NCBI RefSeq assembly: GCF_009914755.1
Contig: NC_060936.1
From: the human T2T-CHM13v2.0 reference genome, Homo sapiens
DNA: 64,000 nt
Direction: 5' to 3' (one strand)
A model generated the notes under the pieces. That model searched no databases. It saw only the letters and a list, made by a program, of their open reading frames with translations, and was not told the DNA's origin. Positions 25,720-39,529 of the stretch are shown piece after piece; positions within the stretch are counted from its first letter, which is position 1; every line of letters begins with the position of its first letter. A program made the translations under genes and the position numbers.

Positions 25720-28036
25720 CTGTACAGACACTTTGGAAAGCAATTTGGAATTTTCCATTCAATTCATAAATGTTTACACTTTATGGAACAGCAGTTCCAT
25801 TTGTAGTGGCTGAGAAGAGAACTCAGAAAAAGGCATCAAGGTTTTACTCACTGCAGTATTATTTATAAGAGAAAAACACTGAAAACAACCCAAAAGTTTA
25901 TCAATAGGGACATGGCTAATTAAATCAATATATATCATTAGTTTCCAAACATCTTTGATCTTATACTCCTAATTATAAGTAATTTTTGAGCATGCAATTC
26001 ATTAATAGGTATGACTGTATCAGGTTAAATAGATGCACTTGTGTGCCAACATCGTACACTATACAACATATACATAAGTAAGAGTTTTTTGAAAATGCAA
26101 AGGCATGCAATGCACTGGGGGGAATTATTTCAGTGATGAGATTCTAAGTCTCCCTTATGCAGAATATTGGTCAAAAAAAAAAAAAAGCTTTACAAAAAAG
26201 AATTTTGAGCTAAGTACTGAAGAAAAGTTGCTCTGCAGGTGGAAAAGAGTTCTCCGCCTACAGCAATCATCTCTAGAAAGGCTCACCTTAAATCAGACTG
26301 GTGTTGATTGGACCTCACTGGTCCTACCTGATGCTGGGAACAGGGAAGACTCCAGGCCCTGATGCTGGGAACAGGGAAGATTGAGAGAGCTCCGTCAACA
26401 GCTGGGAATGGCTGGACCCTAGAGGACAGGAGGGGAACTACTGCTCCTTGGTTCCCTCTCTCAACGTGTGCTGAGTATTCCCGAGCACCCCCAGATGGAG
26501 GCCCAGTGGCCACACAGCAGCCGCCCCCCGCCCCACCCCAACCACAAGTTACACCAGCGAGGGCTGAAGAAGCTGTGCATGAAGCTGGCCTCCTTGGCAG
26601 AAAGAGCAGCATTCAAACGTCTTCATCCGTGGTTTCACTCCTGCAGAGAAAAAGCTGAATGAGGAGTCTTCCCCAGGGTGTCTCTGCTGAATGGCTCTGT
26701 GGGGCTCTTGGAGCTCTGGGAGAAAATGAGTAGGAGAAGACCTAACCGAGCATTTCTGCTCTTCAAGAGGCAAAAAGAAAGCTCCAGCCAGGGTGCTGGC
26801 TGTGCATTTCAGGTATTTTGTAGCAGGATGAAGACAGCTCCTGCCAAGGCGTATTTCTTAATCCAAACTGAAAGAGGCAGATGATCCACTGTTGAGGCAA
26901 TCTTCTTGCTGGCATTGGAGATATTTCTCACATGGTTTTAGTTCTCAGTCACCATCTCTGCCCCAGCTGGAGAACATTTCAGAGAAAGTCCCCTGACCTT
27001 TGTTGGCCTCTACAGGAAATAGTTCCTTGGAAGCAGGAGACCACTGGAATTAATGAGAAACTTTCTGGAGTTCTATGCATGAAAGTTGCAATATCACTGG
27101 AGGACCCAGAGCACATGTCACCTCCTCCAGGAAGCCCCCCTTCAATTCTGTCAGCTGGTAAAGTTAGTCGTTCTCATCCTTCTTGAACCATAGCACTTTG
27201 CACACACTGTATTTTTGCCCTTAGCATATTCTAGTGTAAGTACTCGTTTTTGGGTCTCTCCCTACCTAAACACTGACACTGTTAGGGTCTGGGGTTGGTT
27301 TCCTACCTTTTGTGTATATCCCACTGTGCTGCGAATGGTCTGTAGGGTTAATAATTGCTGTGTAACAGGCATCCCCAACGTGCAGTTTTTCACTGCCGTC
27401 TTTCTGCTGCTCTTCACATGTGCATGATTTTGGTGAGACCCAGCAGGTGCTCACACTGATCCATGTGGCACCCATTGAGGCCACCTCAACTGGGTCCAGA
27501 AAGTCCACATGGCCCCATCTGTGCAGCTGGCGAATGGGTGTCAGCTATTGTCAGCTGGGTGCTCCACTGGGCGAGGGCCGGGGGGTCTTTGCTGTCCTCC
27601 ACATGGCTGTCCCCACAGGCAGCTTCCACTCCTCCCACCATGGTGGCCTCGGGGCAGTTAGAAGCTGGCTTTCCCCAGAGCACACAGCAGAAGGTGCCAC
27701 GACACCTCAAGACTTAGGTCCCCATCTGGTGCAGCATCATGTCTGCCAATTGTCTTTGGAAAACCCTTTCACAGGGCCAGCCTAGATTCCAGGGTAACAG
27801 TTAGGAAAGGCTTGAGTCCAGGAGGCATGCTTCACTGGGGGCTACAATGAATGCATCAGCAACTGATGGACCGTCTTCACACTTGCAGCCGTGAAACGTC
27901 TCTACACGTACAGGCCGTGGCTACTTTTTTGAACACTATGTTCTTGATGCCAAATCACCACACACGTGAAAAAATGTATATTTGGGGATATTGTTATTGA
28001 GCCTGTAATCTAATGCCATCTCTGGATAGTGGTTTG

Positions 28037-28294
28037 GTGATAGGAGATGTTAAATGCCCAAAGGCTAAGACCCAACCATTCTTGCAGGAGTGTGTCCTGG
28101 AGTGACAGGAGATGTTAAATGCCCAAAGGCTATGACCCAGCCATTCTTGCAGGAGTGTGTCCTGGAGTGACAGGAGATGTTAAATGCCCAAAGGCTAAGA
28201 CCCAACCATTCTTGCAGGAGTGTGTTCTGCAGTGACAGATGTTAAATGCCCAAAGGCTATGACCCAACTGTTCTTGCAGGACTGTGTCCTGCAG
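28037..28294. repeat. Minisatellite, 65-bp unit x4
   Basis: gatgttaaatgcccaaaggct recurs at 28046, 28111, 28176 and 28238. Confidence 0.95.
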
Positions 28295-28514
28295 GAGAGG
28301 TGCACAAAGGCACTGAGACATCTATCATGGCATTGGGGAATGGTCAGATAAGTTCTGGGACTTCCCTTAACTGAAATATTGTATAGCCATTTAAAATGAG
28401 TCACATGTGTACCCAATGATCTGGAACATTCTCTAAGAAATACCGCAAAGTCAAAGCAGCAAGCAGCGTGTGCGGTGTGCTACTATTTGAGGTTAAAAAG
28501 AAAATGAAAGGGAG

Positions 28515-28860
28515 GCCACGGCATGGAAGAACCTTGAGGACATTATGCTCCATGAAATCGGCCCGTCGCTGAAGGATGAATACTGTAGAATTCCACTTAG
28601 CAGAGATAATTAGAGTGGTCAAGTTCATAGAGACGGAAAATACAAGGGCGGGTGCCAGGGGCTGGCATGAGGGGGAAGTGGGGAGTTCGTGTGTAATGGG
28701 GACAGAGGTTTAGTTTTACAAGATGAAAGTTGTTCTGGAGATGGATGGTGGTGACGGCTGCACAACAACATGAATGTGCTTCGTGCTGAGGACTGTACCC
28801 CTAAAAACGGTGCAGATCGCAAATTTTATGTTATGTGCACCTTACCACAATGCAAAAGAA
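28515..28860 (+). mobile_element. L1MB 3' end fragment
   Basis: gcatggaagaaccttgaggacattatgct...gttctggagatggatggtggtgacggctgcacaacaacatgaatgtgctt. Confidence 0.8.
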
Positions 28861-29961
28861 CAAATAAAACGGGAATATATGTATCAATGCATAGCGGATC
28901 TCTGGGAAGCTCTACAGTGGGAGGGGATTTGAGGAATTAAGGGTCAGGGATGGGAGAAAACCTAAATTTTTGCATATTTTTTGTTATGTTTGAAAGTCTG
29001 CCACTGCATGCATGGGTCCCATTTAAAATGTCTATTTTAAATGTCAAAAAAGTTAAACAATGACCATAGCCAAACATACTTTATCATTATATATTATTAT
29101 AAATACATAATATATGCTTGTATGTGACTTATAGGCATCTATTAATATATTGTGTTTTTATAAATACATAATATATATTATAAAGATCTATTTAGCCGTA
29201 TATATTTAGCAATCTGTGACCTACTTTGCAAGACTAGAATTCTCCTCTGTTATGGTTAGAAGGATTATTAACTACAGGGGGAAATGGGATTTGGGCTTGT
29301 ATTTTTCCACTATTACATAAGCAAATAAAACTGCCAAGCTGCTGCCTTTATTTAAATATTCCTTAATGATGTGTGAGACTTTTCCTCTGCATCTTCCTTG
29401 TTTTGTTCTCTCTCTCTCTGTCTCTCAAAACAACTGTGCCTTTTGTGGAAAGAAAATTGTGGCAAATATTAAACAGGAAGCTAAGCCAGCACGGGAAGGA
29501 AGATGTTTGTCTTACATAAAGCCGATTTAAACTACTCTCATCCTTGCCTCATCCCTGAAGCCACGTCTGGCTCATGCTGTGGGGAGCACTGTGCTCAGAC
29601 TCAGCAAAAGCCCTCCCTGCTGCCTGGGACAATTCCTGCCTCCCTGAGAGCCTTCCTGGGCAGCACCTGCTCTCCTCTGGCGGTGCAGAGGTCACAGGAC
29701 ATGGGAAAAAACAGAGCCAAGGACCTGGAAACCCTGCTTTTCAGTGACTGCTCTTCCGTTTTCACTTAGAGCCATATTCACAGATACGTTGGGCCATAAA
29801 GGCGGAAGGAGAATGGAAAGGGAATTGCCCAGTGTGGGGATGCATCATGTACAGCTCCATTCAGGGAATGCGTTCTTGTGGTGCTGTTTCCAGTGGGTGT
29901 TGGCAGCAGTGGATAGCACTGGCCAAATAGGCCTTATTGCCCAAAGTATTACATAAGATGG

Positions 29962-30334
29962 TATCTTAGTTCATCCAGGCTGTTATAATGAAGTGCCATG
30001 GCCTGGGTGGCTTATGAAGAGCAGGAATGGAGCTCACAGTTCTGCAGGCTGGGAAGTTCAAGAGCAAAGTGCCAGGACATTCTGTATCCGGTGAGGGCTC
30101 CCTTCCTCCTAGACAGCCATCCTCTCTCTCGAATCTCATGTGGCCAGAGGGGCAAGGGAGCTCTCTGGGACTTCACTGGTAATGTCACTAAGCCAAGTCA
30201 TGGAAGGCCCCACCCTCATGACCTAATCACCTCGCTAAAACCTCACCTCCTCACACCATCACCTCGGGGGCTTAGATTTCAGCATCTGGATTTATCCGGG
30301 GGACAGTGAAGGCACAAACATTCAGACCGTAGCA
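29962..30334 (-). mobile_element. MLT1A-type LTR
   Basis: tatcttagttcatccaggctgttataa...ccctcatgacctaatcacctc...aaacattcagaccgtagca. Confidence 0.8.
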
Positions 30335-30926
30335 GATGACTTTATGTGGATCATGTACACAATGGCATTAAGCCAATCAAATCACAAAGTGAGAATGTGA
30401 TTGCATCTATTGCACTCTCAGATTCTCCCAGTGAGTCCTGTTGGGGATCAGCCTTCAAGCTCAGGACTTTCTCCTGCAGGAAGAGCTAATGAGGCACTCA
30501 CTTTATTGATTTTATATTGGCAAGGGAATCTCACTTTCAAAGTGAGGCATTGATATACAGTTCTCTGTTAAATAAATGTGTGTAAGTTTGAGGAAAAAAA
30601 GTGAGTCGATTTACAGAGAAAACACAAAGTAAGTAACAGAACAATAGGTACCTCGAATGAGGAAAACATGATGCAGGCGATATGCATTCCAAATATGAAG
30701 TTTGGAGACCAGAGCTTAAGGATAATAGTAATAAAAATAACAGTGGCAGCATCCAACTCTTAAATAGCACTCACTCCGGGTCAGACTCTGTGCAAAGCAT
30801 ATTGAATTCTTGTAACACCCTAGGACAGAGGCACTTTGGTGTACCCTCATTTTAAGATGAGGAAATGATTCAAATTTCCAGAGTACAGAAGACATTGGTC
30901 ACAAGATGACTTTCATGTCTCTTTCT

Positions 30927-31230
30927 GGCTGGGTGCAGTGGCTCACACCTGTCATCTCAGCACTTTAGGAAGCCAAGGCAGGTGGATCACTTAAGCTCAG
31001 GGGTTCGAGATAAGCCTGGGCAATATGGTGAAACCCCATCTCTACAAAAAATTTTTAAAAGTTAGGTGTGGTGGCATGTGCCTGTAATCTCAGCTACTCA
31101 GGAAGCTGAGGCAGATGGATTGCTTGAGCCAGGGAGGTTGAGGCTTCAGTGAGCCAAGATCACACCACTACACTCCAGCCTGGGTGACAGCAAGAAGCTG
31201 ACTCAAAAACAAAATTTTTAATTAAAAAAA
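30927..31230 (+). mobile_element. AluJ-like SINE
   Basis: ggctgggtgcagtggctcacacctg...ggatcacttaagctcagg...cactccagcctgggtgacag. Confidence 0.9.
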
Positions 31231-31342
31231 ATCTGTTTCCAATATGTGTGTGTGTTCATTCATTCATCCGTTCTTTTGTACGTAGTTGGAGTCTTTTAGT
31301 TGGGAATCGCCATGGGTTGCTTGAATCCAAGCCTTGCCTCAG

Positions 31343-31669
31343 TGCTATGGACTGAGTGTTTGTGTCCCCCCCACTCACAAAATTCATATATTAAAATGTA
31401 ACTCCCAATGTGGTGGTATTAGGGAGTGGGGACTATGAAGCCTTCAGGGATGCGATTCACGCCTTAATAAAAGAGGCCACAGAGAGCTCCCTCTTTCCTT
31501 CCACCAAGTGAGGACACAGCATCTATGAACCAGGAGAAGGACCCTCGTCAGACACCAAAACTGACTTCACCCTGGGCTTCGGCCTGCAGAACTGTGAGCA
31601 GTATGTTTCTGTGGTTGATAAGTCACCCAGTCTGTGAGATTTTATTATAGCAGCCCACAAGCCAAGATA
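31343..31669 (+). mobile_element. MLT1A-type LTR
   Basis: tgctatggactgagtgtttgtgtcccccc...aaattcatat...cagaactgtgag...ttattatagcagccc. Confidence 0.8.
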
Positions 31670-32524
31670 CCTGGTGTAAGAAGAGAAAGTCAGGGACTGT
31701 GTTTGCAAACTCATGACACCGTGCAATGCCGCTGCTGATTTTATGAGACAGTCTATGGAAGGGCTGCAGACTGGAGCTGCCTTGGGAGCATTTGGGACTG
31801 GAGGACAGTCAGCGAGCCTGAAAGCAGTACGACCAACGACCACAGCCCAGATTGCAGGGTGTGTCAGGCTCCAGGGTGAGAACCAGGTTGTCATGTCGGT
31901 TCCCTACTTATGGAGAGGGATCCACAGACTCCCGGCTGGAAAGGAGTCATGCACAGCTCTCCCGATGCAGGACACGAAGGCAAGGCGCACAAGGAACAAG
32001 CGTTAGTGCAGAACGTGAGGCCCCTCCACCAGCCACCCCACAGCAAGCTATCCAGCATGCAGCCCTGCAAGGGCCTCCCCTTGCCCTCAGGACCAAGATC
32101 AGACTTTTCTGCAGCCTGCATCCCTCCGCCCAGACCTCCCTCCATGCTCACCTGGCTCCCACCGTCCCTCTCACCCCGCCTGCCTCCCTCCCAACCCACA
32201 CTGCCCGTCCGCCCACTGTGCACTGGCCTCTGTTCATCTTCCAGGTTTTAGTATAAAAATCCACAGCCTGCACCTCCCCCGCCCCACAGCCCCCCACCCC
32301 CTTATAAGTTACCTTCTCTCGATAGCGTCGTGACGCATCGTATAGTAGTAGATTTCCCTGATTCTTTATTATCTATTTTAGCATGAAAAGCTGTCATAAA
32401 ACATGCAGAAATACCAGAATGATCTCCCAGCACAGAGGCAGTAGAAGTTTTGCTCAGCATTCACTTTCCAGGGCCTGTAGCACCTATTTGATACCTGAAA
32501 GAGGCTGGATTGGAATAAGCCTGG

Positions 32525-32690
32525 ATTTGAATTCCTTTTTTTTCCCCTCTTATCAGCAGTGCAGCCTTGGGCAAGGTACTTATGCTTTCTATGCCTCAGT
32601 TTTCTCACCTGTAAAGTGGGAATAAAGCGTACTTACCTCCCGGGGTTATTATGAGTACTAAATGGTCACTGCACGTGCAGTGCTTAGAAT
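32525..32690 (+). mobile_element. MIR SINE
   Basis: ccttgggcaaggtactt...gcctcagttttctcacctgtaaagtgggaataa. Confidence 0.75.
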
Positions 32691-33556
32691 CACTCTTATT
32701 CATCATCATCGTTGTTGTTACGTTTGAAGCAACAAAGTTTCATGAATCATTACTGTGCCTTCCTCAAGAGGAAGAAAAATAAACAGTGGAGGTTGTTCAT
32801 TGAATGAACCATTATAACCCAAAAAGAAATTACTTCTCTGGGATATGGAGGCTTTGGGAGATTGACGAAGGCCTACCCATGGGCTCTCCTGGGCTGGGCT
32901 AGGGCCAGGACACTCTGGCCACAGGCTGAAGCACACGTGTACCCGTTGGAGGGCAATGTGGAAGTCAGAGTTAGTGCATTCACAAGGGATCTGGGACAAG
33001 GAGGCCTGCTTGAGACTCGGGATGACAGGATCCAGATCCAAGAGCTTACTACTGCCTGTTATGATGTCCTCACAGCAGACGGCAGAGCTTAACAGAGATG
33101 TATACTCGAAAGTTAGCAACTGGGTCAGAAAATAAACCACTCAGGAAAACAGGATGAGAAACATGTAATTCAGAAACTGTGCAGGTGGAGAAAAAGAAAA
33201 GGTTGCAAATTCTCAATGCTTAGAAAATTGACAGTTGGCAAACTGTGGCGTAACGTAGCTGCACAGTCAGAGCCAAGGCTGTGTGAGTCAAGGTCCAGGT
33301 TCCCAACGAGGGACTCCGGGTCTCCCCCACTGCCACCCGGTTCCTCTGGCCAGAGCAAGAACAGCACCTCAGTCTTGGCAACTCCCTTTTAGACTGTTAT
33401 TCTCCTGCCAGATTAAGGAGAATGGTGTTGAGTCACATCACATAAGGAGACGCAGGAGGTTCAGGCTGTCCAGGGGCAAGGGGTGTAGACATGCTGGACT
33501 GGAAGCTGCATGCAGGCAGGCTGAGGCTGGCTCAGGCAGACATATGTTCTTCAGCC

Positions 33557-33874
<318 letters not shown>

Positions 33875-33879
33875 TAACA

Positions 33880-34851
<972 letters not shown>

Positions 34852-35744
34852 CAGACACAGCCGAGAGGCTTTACATAAATACTCAGATTCTTGGCCTTAC
34901 TGGAAAAGCTGAAGGTCCCTGTAGCTAGCAGCTGCCCCTTTAACTGGGCCAGGCAGGCTCCAGGTCATCATCCTACCCTGACACGGAGGCTGCGCCTAAG
35001 GTCATCACACAGCACCATGCTGCTGCTGTTTAGTTTTTACACGCCTGTATCGCTTCACTTATTTTTATCTCCTACTCACTGGCACTCTTGGACATTTGAG
35101 AATGGGACTCCTAACCCCAGGGGAACAGAAGCTCCCGTGTTTGCATCTTCCCCAATGACCACACACTCCTCCCAGTTTCTGAATGGCAAGTTCTCAGGAA
35201 TGTGTGTTCAGTGGATGGACAAATGATGGAAGGACCAGATGAGTGATGCAATGGATGAATGAGTGAAGTTCATTATCCTCCAAAGCTGACTTGGGACTAA
35301 CAGCAGGAAGTTATCCCCATAGATTTCCACTCCAGATAAAGAACGACTTCCTGGCAGCCAGGCTGTGACAATGGAATTGGCAGTTTTAAGAGATGCTAAG
35401 CTCCCTGCCCTGGCTGGAAACTTGCTGAGGCTGAGGGATGGCCTGTCAGAACAGCCACGGAGGGGACACGGGCTTAGGGGATGGGGAGAGAAGATGGGTG
35501 ACCTCCAGGGATTCCCCCATAGCGAGGACCCCCAGGCTCCCAGATTCCCTTTTCTTATGGGCCATTTAACTGCAGGGTCCTGGCCCTGTCATTGTCTCCA
35601 TTCTTTGAGAATCAGGAGGCCTGGGCCCTTCTCAGGGTGAGCCGCTGCCTTTGGGATCCTAGGGCCACGTTTCCCTCTGTAGCCAGCCTGGCTCTGCAGT
35701 GGGGTTCCCTGAAGCCACAGCCACAGTCATCCAAATTCTCATGG

Positions 35745-36140
35745 TTCTTCTCTCTGCTCTCTCTTTCTTTCTCTCTCTCTTCCCTTCTCTCACCTTCCTT
35801 CTCTCTTTTCTTCCTTTCTTTTCTCTCTGTCTTCTCTTTCTTTCCTTTCTCATCTTCCTTCTCTCTTACCTCTCTTTCTTCTCTCTCCATCTTCCTTTCC
35901 TCTCTCTCTCCACCTTCTTCCCTCTCTCCTCTCTCCTTCCCTCTCTTTCTCTCTCTTCCCCTCTCTCACCTTCCTTCTTTCTTTTCTTTCTTTCTTCTCT
36001 CTCTCTTCTCTTTCTGTCCTTTCTTATCTTCTCTCTTACCTCTCTCTCTTTCTTCTGTCTCCATTTTCCTTTTCCCTCTCTCTCTCCTCCCTCTTCCCTC
36101 TCTCCTCTCTCCTTCCCTCTCTTTCTCTCTCTCTCTCCTC
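35745..36140. repeat. About 400-bp CT-rich polypyrimidine/polypurine low-complexity tract
   Basis: Nearly all C/T on the + strand. Confidence 0.95.
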
Positions 36141-38803
36141 AAATTAAAGTAAGAAACAGATCTCTCCCTCAGTGGAGCTGGAGCTGGTCCTTTCCACTCT
36201 CCAGGCAAGCCCATGACGAGTGTGACCTCACTCCCACTCTGCAGATTGCGATGTGGAGACACTCACACAGCCAATCCATGGAGCTCAGGCTTTGACCTGG
36301 ATATGCCTGATTCCTGCATGGGAATTGGAGTTGAGTTGGTCTGGGTTCCGGTCCTGCTCCAGCAGCTCTGTGCACTGGGGCAGGTCCTGATTCTGCAGGA
36401 GGCCGGTGCCTACTTTACGGCATTGTTTTGAGGACTGTGTGAGCTGAGGCACATTCGACACCCAGCTCAGGGCATCTGCACCCTAATTACGGGTCCCCAT
36501 CTCTTTCTCCACTCATTCCACCAGGTTCCAATCCCTTGAACAATTCTGAAGATGAGAGACATAGTACAGGGGCCAATGCAGACTCTTTCCCTCTCCTGTA
36601 CAGCTTCAAACCTCCAGTGCATTTTAGTTTCCATCTCTCTCTCATCTCATCACAGCCTAAGGCTTCCTGCTTGCCTACCAAATCATGGAAAGAATGCTGG
36701 CAGGTGTGGTAGGAGCCTGAGCTCCAACCTCTGGCTCTCCTGAGTTAGAGAGCAATGGGGCTCCTTCTGTACCCCAACATAAGACCTGCTCTCAATGCCG
36801 GCCCACCCACCGCCCCTCCCCCACCACCCACTGAGGAAACAAGAGGGAACAAAGAAATCAGCCAAGGGAGAGCCCCCACCTCCACCGCAGGCGTCCCTGA
36901 ACTCTGTGGAGTCTGAGAATCATTTGCTCCTGGGTCAGCACTGAGTCCTTCGCCCTGCACAGCTTGACACAGACTCTGGGCAGTGTCCCCACCCCAGGGG
37001 GGCGCCACATAAAAGGGGATGTGCCCGTTATGAGTCCGTGACAGCTGACATCTCGGGAGCATCACTCAGTGCTGAGCCACGTGCTATGGGCTGCATATTC
37101 ACCACAGAGAGCCACTGTAACTCTCCCCCCATCCCCTGCCCCCCAACCCCACACACACTGGAATGAAAGCTCCACGGGACATGGGGTCTTTGTTTTGTGG
37201 CTGCTGTGCCCCCCATTTTTTAAGAACTGCCTTGCATATTGCAGGTGCTTGGTGGGTGTTTCTTGAAAGAATGCACATTGCACGGTGCAAATGGAGGTAG
37301 CCAGGGACCTCCCACCCCTGCACCTGGTGAACCCGGAGCCACCCTCCCTCCCAAGCAAGGCTCGGAATTGGAGAAAGTGAAAGAACAGCTGTCACGGTTG
37401 CTTTGTAACACTTCAGCACAGGGAGGCTTCTGGGACTAAAACTATTTTTCAACAAGGATGATGTTTTCCATTTCCAGCGTGAACACAGTGTTATTCAATT
37501 CCCCACAGCCCTCAGTCCAGGGATCCCACCTAAACAGTTTACTCTAAGACGAAATTGCAGCCTTTAAACTGATTTCTCAGAGGATGCCATTCATTTCAGC
37601 ATCTTCACTCTCCATGCAGGCAGCTTCCAAGACTCCTAAGAATGGCTTTTTCTAAATTGGAGGTCCCCTCGGATTGCTTCAGTAGAACAGCTACGGCCTC
37701 AGTGCCTGTGATTTGAAAAATGCCCCTAGCTGTCCGTCCCGGCTGCTGAAGGGAACGAGCTTCGGTGGTGACTGCATCCCTCACATCCGAGGAGGGTGAG
37801 ATGCTCGCCGGCCAGCATTCCCTTCTTAGGATGGGTCACCGCCATCGGTGAAGCTGGAAGGAAACACTGCTCCCCGGAGAACAGTGCAGGGAAGTCTTGT
37901 TTTGATCCTCCATTTATTTTTCTATCCACTGCATTTTTTCTGGTATCTGACTCTCTTACTGTCTCTGGAGATGGCTCACAGAGGAGACATTTGTTCACAG
38001 CGTCTGCCTGCATTTCAAGCCAGACCACCTTGGTGTCATAATACAAGGAACTATTTAGAGATGAAAGAGTTTGACATGATTCTCAGGTAACCTGAGGAAG
38101 GTAGGATTTTGTCATCTGAAGCGACTTCTCTCCAGGCCCTGGCTTCCCAAAGTGTTGGTGCCAAATACTACTAGAGTCCAGGGTGTTAAGGCACAGCAGG
38201 GAGATCATCTGGCCATCTTACCATACCCGCTGTTCACTAAGGGGGGAAGCTGGGCCCAGGGAGGGGCAAGGGTAATTGCCAAGCCAGGTGTATCAGTTGC
38301 AAAACAACAGAACTAAATCTGGCTAACCTAAGCCAAAGGGACCCATGCGGTGAAGAGGAGGAGGCCACGGGATTGTAAGAGGCAGCAGGAGGCACGTGGG
38401 GGTGAGCCTGACCCAGTGAGACCAGAGGCCAGGCAGCAGCTGCCTTTGCCAGGGCCTCAGGCAGAGGGGTCAGCCAGCATCACCCGTGGCACTGACAAAT
38501 GCAGCCCTTTTCTCTTTTCTTTCTTCTTTGCAACACTTAATGGCAAGGACCTAGAAGGGAAATCCACCTGGTGACGTCACACTGACCGTACAGAATGGGA
38601 AAGAGGAATCAGCCGCTTCAGCTTTAAAACAGAGGAGCATCCCCCAGAACGTAGCCTCCCATCACAGCTCCATACAGTAGGAGAAGGGCAATTTCCCAGG
38701 AAAAAACTGCCATGCCCACCGTGCCGTTAAGTCAGGTGGATGCGGGGAAGCTCTGCAGTGAGAACATCCACTCTATCAGGGCCAGCCGCCCACTTCCCCA
38801 TTC

Positions 38804-39529
38804 CTGATCCCATGTTCTGTCCATCACACTGGGCTGCCCCTTTTGCAGGTCCTGGTACAGAGGCAGCAGGGCTTCACTGATCCCGTTTTCTGTCCATCAC
38901 ACTGGGCTGCCCCTTTCGCAGGTCCTGGTACAGAGGTGGCACGGCTTGACTGATCCCGTGTTCTCTCCATCACACTGGGCTGCCCCTTTCGCAGGTCCTG
39001 GTACAGAGGCGGCAGGGCTTCACTGATCCCATGTTCTGTCCATCACACTGGGCTGCCCCTTTCGCAGGTCCTGGTACAGAGGCGGCAGGGCTTGACTGAT
39101 CCTGTGTTCTCTCCATCACACTGGGCTGCCCCTTTCGCAGGTCCTGGTACAGAGTGGGCAGGGCTTGACTGATCCCGTGTTTTCTCCATCACAGTGGGCT
39201 GCCCCTTTCGCAGGTCTTGGTACAGAGGTGGCAGGGCTTCACTGATCCCATGTTCTCTCCGTCACACTGGGCTGCCCCTTTTGCAGGTCCTGGTACAGAG
39301 GCGGCAGGGCTTCACTGATCCCTGTTCTGTCCATCGCACTGGGCTGCCCCTTCTGCAGGTCCTGGTACAGAGGCACCAGGGCTTCACTGATCCCATGTCC
39401 TCTCCATCACACTGGGCTGCCCCTTTCGCAGGTCCTGGTACAGAGGCAGCAGGGCTTCACTGATCCCTGTTCTGTCCATCACACTGGGCTGCCCCTTTCG
39501 CAGGTCCTGGTACAGAGGTGGCAGGGCTT
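38804..39529. repeat. Minisatellite, 73-bp unit x10 (ctgatcccatgttctgtccatcacactgggctgcccctttcgcaggtcctggtacagaggcggcagggcttca)
   Basis: cc(a/g)tc(a/g)ca anchor at 38821, 38894, 38967, 39040, 39113, 39186, 39259, 39331, 39404 and 39476. Confidence 0.97.

Noticed and set aside
35592-36295. 186-aa and 198-aa Ser/Leu/Phe-rich ORFs resembling membrane proteins
   Set aside because: Artefact of a stop-free CT-rich tract.
38804-39529. CRISPR-like or coding repeat array
   Set aside because: Head-to-tail near-identical units with no unique spacers, a eukaryotic context and no cas genes. The 73-bp unit breaks frame.
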